Shown here: one piece after another, positions 57,226-64,000 of the stretch
Position numbering within the stretch: the first letter of the stretch is position 1
How the letters are laid out: the number at the start of each line of letters is the position of its first letter
The notes under the pieces: generated by a model
What the model saw: the letters and a program-made list of their open reading frames with translations, nothing else
Databases searched by the model: none
Told to the model about the DNA's origin: nothing
Origin: Spirochaetaceae bacterium
Lineage (GTDB): Bacteria; Spirochaetota; Spirochaetia; Treponematales; Breznakiellaceae
Length of the DNA: 64,000 bases
Reading direction: 5' to 3'
NCBI GenBank assembly: GCA_031278215.1
Contig: JAITKV010000012.1
Coordinates: 4,874 to 68,873 of the forward strand
Made by a program: the position numbers and the translations under genes

Positions 57226-58369
57226 CTTTGCGGCGTATATCCAACTGTTGAGTCAAATCCCCTTCGCCAACGGCGGCAAAAGTTTTTATTACCTGTTTGA
57301 GGGGGTTGCTGATGGAGCGGGCGATGATAAGGGCCGCAATCGCTATGACGACGAGCATTATCACGCTGATAATAATACTTACCCTCAACATTCTAAGAAC
57401 CGGCGCGTTGATAATCGCGTAGGGTACCCCCAGCGCCAAAGCCCAGGGGGTGCCGGTGTCCCCTATGGAAATGGGGGAAAGGACAATGGCAAGTTTGGTC
57501 TTTTCGCCGCCGGCATTGGCAAGGGCGGTGAATGTGTATGGGTCGCCGGCTTTTATGGCGTTTACAAAATCCGGCATCCGGTCGCCCACCAGGTCCCCTT
57601 CGGTTTCGGTCATGGGTTTTCCGGCCCGGGAAGGGTCAAAATGGGCCACCACAGTCCCGCCGTTGCTGAAAACCGCGGCCACCGTGCCTTCGTAGGGGCG
57701 GATGCCGTCCAGGCCGGTTTGAATCCGGGACAGGGTAATATCGATGCCCACGGCCCCAAGAAACACGCCGTTCTTTTTTATCGGGACCACCAGGCTCGTA
57801 ATCAGGGTATTGACTCCGTCGATAGTATAAAAATAGGGTTCCACAATGGTTTCTTTCCCGGTTCTCCGGGGAATAAGGTAATACCCCCCCGTGTTGACGT
57901 CCTCATAATCCTCCAGCCCCTCCAGGGAAACCCCCGTATTGGTCCGGGCCCAATAGGGGGTAAACCGGCCGGTCGCGTCGGTCCCTTCGGTATAGGCGTA
58001 TTGGGCGTCCAGACCGTCCAGGGCGTTTGGCTCCCAGCAGGCCCAAATGGCGGCGATATCCGGATTGTTCTCGGCCTGCGCTTTAAGCAGCAAATTGTAG
58101 AAAAACCGGCGCTGGGACGGTTCTATCTGCTCATAGGCCTCCATCGATACGGCCAGGGCCCTGACCATGCTGAAATTCTTATCCATCCACGCCTTGATGA
58201 CGGCGGCCTGGTTCCCCCCCAATTTTTCTAATTCACTGTTCACGAGCGTGGTAATTTGGGTTTGGGAAATATTGACCACGGTTCCCAAAAGCGCGCCAAT
58301 CCCCAAAATGATAAGGGCAAGAATCATAATGACGAGTTTTTTGCCTATTTTCATAACCACCTCCTGCAA
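56144..58369 (-). CDS. Methyl-accepting chemotaxis protein (dCache-type sensor, HAMP, MCP signalling domain)
   Basis: N-terminal TM helix, a periplasmic double-Cache-like region, a second TM helix, HAMP, and the conserved hairpin tip [33 protein letters not shown]. Confidence 0.9.
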   Translation of the reverse strand: MQEVVMKIGKKLVIMILALIILGIGALLGTVVNISQTQITTLVNSELEKLGGNQAAVIKAWMDKNFSMVRALAVSMEAYEQIEPSQRRFFYNLLLKAQAENNPDIAAIWACWEPNALDGLDAQYAYTEGTDATGRFTPYWARTNTGVSLEGLEDYEDVNTGGYYLIPRRTGKETIVEPYFYTIDGVNTLITSLVVPIKKNGVFLGAVGIDITLSRIQTGLDGIRPYEGTVAAVFSNGGTVVAHFDPSRAGKPMTETEGDLVGDRMPDFVNAIKAGDPYTFTALANAGGEKTKLAIVLSPISIGDTGTPWALALGVPYAIINAPVLRMLRVSIIISVIMLVVIAIAALIIARSISNPLKQVIKTFAAVGEGDLTQQLDIRRKDEIGDMAVSFNGTLDKIKNLVITIKNQAVTLFDIGNELASNMTETAAAINEIAANIQSIKSRVINQSASVTETNATMEQITVNIDKLKGHVDSQSASVSQSSSAIEEMIANVQSVTQTLVKNSGNVKELIEASEIGHSGLQEVAADIQEIARESEGLLEINAVMENIASQTNLLSMNAAIEAAHAGEAGKGFAVVADEIRKLAENSGEQSKTISTVLKKIKDSIDKITASTDSVLNKFEAIDGGVRTVSDQEENIRNAMEEQGEGSKQILDAVGQLNDLTQNVKSGSEEMLEGSKQVIRESKNLELATQEIANGMNEMATGADQINVAVNRVNAISGKNKESIDVLVREVAKFKVDRGGA

Positions 58370-58610
58370 TTACGCTAATTATAGTACAGTTTCCATAACT
58401 ATTCTGCGAAAATATGAAGAAATGGCTTTTTTTAATGAATTTTTTAGGCCTTTAACCCAGAATTTCCGGGGGAGAATATAAAATTTTGTAATTTTAACCC
58501 CCCTGGAGGCCCATGGGGGATCAAGTTTAGCGCTCTGCCCGGGATGCCCAGGAAGTTTGTTACTTCCCGGGCATCGAAGGGCGGCCGCCTGTCCCGGCCG
58601 CGCGGGGCCC

Positions 58611-59690
58611 TCATTCCACCTTGAACTTTGCCACTTCCCGAACCAGCACGTCGATGTTTCCCTTGTTTTCCCCGCTGATGGCGTTGACCCTGGTTACCGC
58701 CACGTTTATCTGATCCGCGCCGGTGGCCATTTCGTTCATCCCGTTGGCGATCTCCTGGGTTGTCAGTTCCAGATTCTTGCTTTCCTGGATAACCTGTTTG
58801 CTTCCCTCAAGCATTTCTTCGGAACTTCCCTTGACCCGCTGGGTGGCTTCGCTTAGGTTCCCCATGGCTTCCAGAATCTGCTTACTCCCCGCGCTCTGTT
58901 CCTCCATGGCGTTGCGAATGTTTTCTTCCTGGTCCGATACGGTCCTAACCCCGCCGTCTATGGCCTCGAACTTGTTCAGCACGCTGTCGGTGGAGGCGGT
59001 TATTTTGTCGATGGAATCTTTTATCTTTTTTAGAACCGTGGAAATGGTTTTGGATTGCTCCCCGGAACTTTCCGCCAATTTGCGGATCTCGTCGGCCACC
59101 ACGGCGAATCCCTTGCCCGCCTCTCCGGCGTGGGCCGCCTCGATGGCGGCGTTCATGGAAAGAAGGTTTGTCTGGCTGGCGATGTTTTCCATCACCGCGT
59201 TGATTTCCAAAAGCCCCGCGGACTCCCGGGCTATTTCCTGGATGTCCGCGGCCACTTCCTGAAGCCCCGCGCGTCCTACTTCGGAGGCTTCGATAAGGTC
59301 CTTTACGTTTTCGCCGTTTTTAACCAGGGTGGAGGTAACGGATTGGATATTGGCCAGCATTTCTTCAATGGCCGAAGAAGATTGGGCGACACTTTCGCTC
59401 TGCCGTTCCACATGAACGGAAAGCTTATCGATGTTGACGGTGATCTGCTCCATGGTGGCGTTGGTTTCGGTAACCGAGGCGCTCTGGTTGATCACCCGGC
59501 CCTTGATGCTTTGAATGTTGGCGGTGATCTCGTTAATCGCCGCGGCGGTCTCGGTCATATTGCCGGCCAGTTCGTTTCCAATGTCAAAAAGGGACACGGA
59601 CCGGTTTTTAATGGTAACCACAAGGTTTTTAATCTTTTCCAGGGTTGCGTTAAAATACCGGGCCAGATCGCCGATTTCGTCCTTTGAGTG
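58611..59690 (-). repeat. ~1.1 kb direct repeat, copy 2 (MCP signalling module)
   Basis: See copy 1 (56144-57225). Confidence 0.8.
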
Positions 59691-60815
59691 AATGGCGACA
59701 GTTTTTGTCAGGTCCCCTTCGCCTTCGGATATGTCCTTAAGGGTCATGGACACGTTAATAATGGGTTTGGTAATGCTGCCGGAAACAAAAAAAACAATCA
59801 CCGCCATGATAATAACCGCCCCCGCCCCGACAGCGATGGTGTAAAGGAACATTTGGTTTACCGTTTCCATAATCACGGCTTTTGTTGTTCCCAGCATCAA
59901 GGCCCAGCTTACGCCGGTTTCGCCGATGGTAAAGGGGTAGATGATCATTTCCAGCTCGGTTTTTAGGATGTCCGAATATTCCGCCAGCCGGAATTTTTCT
60001 CCTGTTTTTACCGCGTCCTGGGCCGCGGCGGCGTCCTCATTGAACAGGGAACCCTGCGCGTCCGTAAGGGTCTGCCCGATCTGTTCAAGGGCGTAACTGG
60101 CAATAATGCTGCCGGTATCGGAATAAACGGTCATGGCGGTAATGTCGGGGTGGGCCTCTATGGTGCTGTCCACCACGGGCTGGGTATAGGCAGTGTTCAC
60201 CTCCACCCCCACCCGGCCCACTACCTCCCCCGATTCACGGTAAACAACCGGCACGCTCACCGTGACGACATAGGTATCCTTGCCCTGCACCTGCCGGGGG
60301 ATCGGTTCGTCTATGGTTTCCTGCCGGGCCTTGGGGCCGCTGATAAGCTCCATCATGGCCGGTATGTTATTATAGGTCAGGTGTTCTATGATCCCGTCAT
60401 GAGAGAAATACCAGGGGGCCCATTGGCCCGCTTCGGTGCTGCCGGGGGTTCCGGCAAATTCGGCGTCCAGCCCGGGGTCTATAGTATCGGGCTTAAAAAC
60501 AGCGAAGATGCCGGCAACCCGCTCGTTGGAAAGAACAATGGATCGTATAAACTGATCAAAACGGTTGCGCTGTCCGCCCAAATTGGCTTCGTCATAGTCC
60601 GCCATGGCGTCCGCCAGGGTCTGGGCAATCCGCAGGTAGCTCTCGTATCGCATCTGGATAACCCGGGCCTGTTCCGCGGCAAGCCGTTCTTGGCTTTCCA
60701 GGGCCGTATCCATCTGCATTGAGGAAGCCAAGCCGACCAAAATAACGGATAAGGCAAGTCCCGAGGCTACAACAATTGAAAGAACAATGATGATAAGGCG
60801 ATATCGAAGTTTCAT
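58611..60815 (-). CDS. Methyl-accepting chemotaxis protein, tandem paralogue with a different sensor domain
   Basis: Same architecture as the gene at 56144-58369. The C-terminal ~360 aa are nearly identical to it, while the periplasmic region is unrelated at the sequence level. Confidence 0.9.
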   Translation of the reverse strand: MKLRYRLIIIVLSIVVASGLALSVILVGLASSMQMDTALESQERLAAEQARVIQMRYESYLRIAQTLADAMADYDEANLGGQRNRFDQFIRSIVLSNERVAGIFAVFKPDTIDPGLDAEFAGTPGSTEAGQWAPWYFSHDGIIEHLTYNNIPAMMELISGPKARQETIDEPIPRQVQGKDTYVVTVSVPVVYRESGEVVGRVGVEVNTAYTQPVVDSTIEAHPDITAMTVYSDTGSIIASYALEQIGQTLTDAQGSLFNEDAAAAQDAVKTGEKFRLAEYSDILKTELEMIIYPFTIGETGVSWALMLGTTKAVIMETVNQMFLYTIAVGAGAVIIMAVIVFFVSGSITKPIINVSMTLKDISEGEGDLTKTVAIHSKDEIGDLARYFNATLEKIKNLVVTIKNRSVSLFDIGNELAGNMTETAAAINEITANIQSIKGRVINQSASVTETNATMEQITVNIDKLSVHVERQSESVAQSSSAIEEMLANIQSVTSTLVKNGENVKDLIEASEVGRAGLQEVAADIQEIARESAGLLEINAVMENIASQTNLLSMNAAIEAAHAGEAGKGFAVVADEIRKLAESSGEQSKTISTVLKKIKDSIDKITASTDSVLNKFEAIDGGVRTVSDQEENIRNAMEEQSAGSKQILEAMGNLSEATQRVKGSSEEMLEGSKQVIQESKNLELTTQEIANGMNEMATGADQINVAVTRVNAISGENKGNIDVLVREVAKFKVE

Positions 60816-60929
60816 GAATCCTCCCTTCTGGAATGGTTCCGTTTTTAAAAAAGTTCCCGAAACCTGTGGAACGATCGTATAGGAATTTTTTCATGGTGTA
60901 AAGTCTTTGCATGTAAAGTGTCGTCAGTT

Positions 60930-60970
60930 GCCGCCGCCGCCGCCGCCGCCGTCGTCGGCGCCGCCGCCGG
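60930..60970. repeat. GCC trinucleotide microsatellite, (GCC)7 then GTCGTCGGC(GCC)3
   Basis: Read directly. It is intergenic, about 115-155 bp upstream of the MCP start and about 190 bp upstream of the ABC ATPase gene. Confidence 0.9.
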
Positions 60971-61161
60971 TTTTGCGCCCGGGCCGGACAAATCCGAATC
61001 TATGACATATATTTTTTCTTTCCTTGACAAATTTGCCGGGTCCTTTTAGACTTAAATAGAAAACCATAAATTTGAGTTGGCCTGGGAATAAACTTACGGG
61101 AACCTTTAAAAACCGAACTTTTTAGAGCTTTCCTTACCTTAAGAAATAAGCGGAGCGGACT

Positions 61162-62271
61162 ATGGCAAAAGTTGAACTAAGAAGTATTTCAAAAATATAC
61201 GAGGGCGGTATTAAGGCGGTAGATGACGTTAATATCGTAGTCGAGGACAAGGAATTTGTAGTTTTTGTCGGCCCTTCGGGCTGTGGTAAATCCACCACCC
61301 TGCGGATGATAGCGGGGCTGGAGGATATTACCGAAGGAAACCTCTACATCGATGATGAAAAGATGAACGATGTGCCTCCTAAGGACCGGAATATTGCCAT
61401 GGTTTTTCAAAATTATGCCCTGTATCCCCACATGTCGGTGTACGAAAACATGGCCTTTGGGCTTAAAATCAAAAAAGTCCCCAAGGCCGACATTGACAGG
61501 CGGGTTCACGAGGCGGCAAAGATTTTGGATATTGAGAAATTCCTGGACCGCAAGCCCAGGGCCCTTTCGGGAGGGCAGCGCCAGCGGGTAGCGGTAGGGC
61601 GGGCCATTGTACGGAACCCCAAGGTATTCCTGTTTGACGAACCCCTTTCAAACCTGGATGCCAAGCTGCGGGTTCAAATGCGGGCAGAACTGTCGGACCT
61701 TCACCTGCGGCTTAACGCCACCATGATCTATGTTACCCACGATCAGGTAGAGGCCATGACCATGGCGGATAAAATTGTAGTTATGAAAGATGGCAAGGTC
61801 CAGCAGATAGGAAGCCCCCTGCATCTATACAACTATCCGGCCAACAAATTTGTTGCGGGGTTTATTGGGTCGCCGCCCATGAATTTTCTTACCCTTAAGG
61901 TGGCGGATAAAAACGGCATTGTTCTTGCCGCCGAAAACTATGAACTGCGGCCCTTGGCCGGCCAAGAAACGATCCTTAAAAACTATCTGAATAAAACGGT
62001 GTATTTTGGCATTAGACCCGAAGACCTTACTTATATCGACAACCCCGAAGACAACAGCATCCCGGCAAAAATTACCGTGGTGGAGCCCCTGGGGGCGGAT
62101 ATACACCTGTGGCTTTCCGCGGGGACCCAGCCCCTGGTTGCCCGGACCGGGCCCAGCCGGAACTTTAAGGTTGGGGACACGGTTAATTTTAGGGCGGATA
62201 TGGAAAAAGCCCAGTTCTTTGACCGGGAAACGGAACTTTCCCTTTTACCGGCCGCCGGGGCGCCGGGCTAA
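61162..62271 (+). CDS. Sugar ABC transporter ATP-binding protein (MalK/UgpC/MsmX type), orphan
   Basis: Walker A GPSGCGKST, LSGGQRQRV, LFDEPLSNLD, and a C-terminal TOBE-like domain. No permease or SBP gene is adjacent. Confidence 0.9.
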   Translation: MAKVELRSISKIYEGGIKAVDDVNIVVEDKEFVVFVGPSGCGKSTTLRMIAGLEDITEGNLYIDDEKMNDVPPKDRNIAMVFQNYALYPHMSVYENMAFGLKIKKVPKADIDRRVHEAAKILDIEKFLDRKPRALSGGQRQRVAVGRAIVRNPKVFLFDEPLSNLDAKLRVQMRAELSDLHLRLNATMIYVTHDQVEAMTMADKIVVMKDGKVQQIGSPLHLYNYPANKFVAGFIGSPPMNFLTLKVADKNGIVLAAENYELRPLAGQETILKNYLNKTVYFGIRPEDLTYIDNPEDNSIPAKITVVEPLGADIHLWLSAGTQPLVARTGPSRNFKVGDTVNFRADMEKAQFFDRETELSLLPAAGAPG

Positions 62272-62330
62272 TGTACCTTACCGGAAATTCCCCCATTGGA
62301 AAAATCTGAATAAGATCCTATGATAAGCCC

Positions 62331-63431
62331 ATGGGAGAGGAACATATAAAAGACCTTCCGGGGCTTCTTAAAACCTCCGGGGAACCGGAGCCAAAGATCC
62401 GCCGGGTTGCCAAATTTCTTACCATCATCGGGATCGACCGGGCGGGGGAAATTATGTCCCGGCTGCCGCCGGATCAGGTGGAGGCTATTTCAAAAGAAAT
62501 CGCCTCCCTGGCAGAAATAGGGGCGGACGAGCGCCGGGGGGTACTGGAAGAATTTAGCTCCCTTTTTTCCGTCCCCTACAACCGAAGCGGCGGCGCCGAG
62601 GGCGGCGCCGGGGACTACACCGGCGTTTCCGGCGGCGGCGTAGAGGCCGCCAGGCGGATCCTGTATGCGGCCTTTGGCCCTGACAAGGGGGAACATATTC
62701 TGGGCAAGGCGGCGCCGGAAGCCAGGCCCAGGCCCTTTGGTTTTTTAGAAGATTTTTCCCCCGAACAGATAGCCCTGCTTTTTAAAGAAGAATCCCCCTC
62801 GGCGGCGGCCCTGGTTTTTTCCCGGCTGCCCCCTAAATTATCCGCCCGGGCTTTAAGCAATTTTACGGGTAAAAAAAAGCTGGAAATTCTTACGCACATA
62901 GCCAGGCAGCGGGCGGTTTCTCCGGAGATCCTGGAACAGGTGTCGGGGGCCCTTCGGGAAAAGGCCCGGCATATAGCAAAAAAAGAAGAACCGGACTTTG
63001 ACGGCATGCAGGCCCTGGCGGCGATCCTTAAATCTTCGGAATCGGGATTTGGGGATCAGATCCTTAGGGAATTGGAAATAGAGGACCCGGAACTGGGAAA
63101 ACTGCTTAAGGACAGGATCTATACCCTGGCGGACATGCTTGAAGCGGCGGATCTGCCCCTGCAAAAAAAACTTGCATCCATGGATAACCGGGAAATCATA
63201 CTCCTGCTTAAAACCATGGCGGGAAGCAGGGAAACCGCCGCCTTTAGAGAAAAGATCCTAAGCAACCTGTCCCAGGGCCGGCGGAATGAAGTTCTGGAAG
63301 AAGAAGAAATTATCGGCCCCGTTCCCCGAAAAGACGTGGAAATGGCGGCGGAGGCGTTTTTAGCCTGGTTTAGGCAGGGCCGGGAAGAGGGCCGTATCCT
63401 TATGGCCGGCGATGACGATTTGCTTATATAG
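62331..63431 (+). CDS. fliG: Flagellar motor switch protein FliG family (paralogue-like, with an inserted Gly-rich segment)
   Basis: N-terminus: RRVAKFLTIIGIDRAGEIMSRLPPDQVEAISKEIA. Middle: F.FLEDFSPEQIALLFKEESP...ALVFSRLPP. C-terminus: KILSNLSQGRRNEVLEEEEIIGPVPRKDVE.A. Confidence 0.8.
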   Translation: MGEEHIKDLPGLLKTSGEPEPKIRRVAKFLTIIGIDRAGEIMSRLPPDQVEAISKEIASLAEIGADERRGVLEEFSSLFSVPYNRSGGAEGGAGDYTGVSGGGVEAARRILYAAFGPDKGEHILGKAAPEARPRPFGFLEDFSPEQIALLFKEESPSAAALVFSRLPPKLSARALSNFTGKKKLEILTHIARQRAVSPEILEQVSGALREKARHIAKKEEPDFDGMQALAAILKSSESGFGDQILRELEIEDPELGKLLKDRIYTLADMLEAADLPLQKKLASMDNREIILLLKTMAGSRETAAFREKILSNLSQGRRNEVLEEEEIIGPVPRKDVEMAAEAFLAWFRQGREEGRILMAGDDDLLI

Positions 63432-63460
63432 ACGAACTGACTGCGTAAAGGAAGAACACC

Positions 63461-64000
63461 ATGGTGAACAAGGGCGCTGTGATACAGGGGTTTGAAATTC
63501 TTGATCTGGTAGATCTGGAAGAGATGAAAGCCCGGGGAATCTGGGCCAGGCATAAAAGCGGGGCGGAGCTTTTTCATGTTTTAAACGACGATCCGGAAAA
63601 CCTGTTTGCCTTTGCCTTTGCCACCGCCCCGGAAGATTCTACCGGGGCGGCCCATATTCTGGAACATTCGGTACTCTGCGGTTCGCAGCATTACCCGCTT
63701 AAGGATGCATTTTTGACGCTTGCCCAGGGAAGCCTTCAAACTTTTCTGAACGCGTGGACCTTTCCCGATAAAACTGTATACCCCGCCAGTTCGGTAAACG
63801 AAAAAGATTATTTTAACCTTATGTCGGTCTACGCGGATGCGGTGTTCCGCCCCCTCCTTTCGGAGTGGACGTTTATGCAGGAAGGGTGGCGGCTTGTTCC
63901 CGGCAAGAAGGGCTTTGAATATACCGGGGTGGTGTACAACGAAATGAAGGGGGCCTATTCCTCCATGGACGCGTACGCGGAGCTGTGGTCCGTAAGGGGG
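63461..64000 (+). CDS. M16C (PreP/insulinase-like) metallopeptidase, 5' fragment running off the window
   Basis: Translated by hand: MVNKGAVIQGFEILDL......GAAHILEHSVLCGS..YP.KD.F......S..TFLNAWTFPDKTVYP, with an HxxEH zinc motif. The frame is open to position 64000. It is absent from the ORF track because no stop lies in the window. Confidence 0.8.
   Translation, partial: MVNKGAVIQGFEILDLVDLEEMKARGIWARHKSGAELFHVLNDDPENLFAFAFATAPEDSTGAAHILEHSVLCGSQHYPLKDAFLTLAQGSLQTFLNAWTFPDKTVYPASSVNEKDYFNLMSVYADAVFRPLLSEWTFMQEGWRLVPGKKGFEYTGVVYNEMKGAYSSMDAYAELWSVRG

Noticed and set aside
56945-58231. A 428-aa ORF antisense to the first MCP gene. Similar long antisense ORFs lie at 59055-59687 and 60150-60722 (second MCP), 39837-40790 (malQ), 50683-51648 (MATE), 1899-2777 (nfeD/floA) and 48303-49154 (metH).
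   Set aside because: Each lies fully inside a confidently assigned gene on the other strand. The translations are low-complexity (Gly/Arg/Pro/His-rich) with no recognisable domains, RBS or family. Stop-poor antisense frames are expected in GC-rich, codon-biased genes.

Overview
This 64 kb window is an origin-proximal chromosomal region of a moderately GC-rich bacterium. Gene content suggests a spirochaete, Treponema-like: dnaA-dnaN-recF-DUF721 order, divergent gyrB, an FliG paralogue, FlgM, dCache chemoreceptors, NfnAB, and NusG-II/Gx genes. The taxon is an inference, not a search result.

I support about 60 CDS:
- Replication and repair: dnaX-ybaB-recR, gyrB, dnaA, dnaN, recF.
- Membrane organisation: NfeD-FloA.
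- Redox: NfnAB, a 4-subunit 2-oxoacid:ferredoxin oxidoreductase, hemerythrin, CcdA/TlpA.
- C1/methionine: metK, metH, an MTHFR-like gene.
- Glycogen: malQ, glgX.
- Others: an ACT-butyrate kinase fusion, two tandem MCPs, an ABC importer operon ending in a wHTH-cytidylyltransferase, and a DUF1538/tandem-PII pair.

I also support four tRNAs (Arg-GCG, Ser-CGA, Ser-GGA, initiator-like Met-CAT), several sigma70-like promoters and hairpin terminators, DnaA-box clusters on both sides of dnaA, and several families of short intergenic repeats and palindromes.

I see no rRNA, CRISPR array, transposase, integrase, phage gene or recognisable defence system. The window looks mostly core/housekeeping.

The most interesting leads are:
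1. The uncharacterised DUF1538 transporter coupled to a double PII-like protein.
2. The ABC importer plus wHTH-LicC-like operon, with a perfect 12-bp inverted repeat straddling its extended -10.
3. A 33-bp perfect palindrome family (TTCCCTGACAATT..AATTGTCAGGGAA) at three loci.
4. A sharply AT-rich dnaN embedded in GC-richer neighbours next to the candidate oriC.
5. An ACT-butyrate kinase fusion.
6. A structured, unassigned about 200 nt intergenic element at 33.96-34.18 kb.

All start-codon choices, identity estimates and GC estimates were made by eye; nothing was computed or searched.
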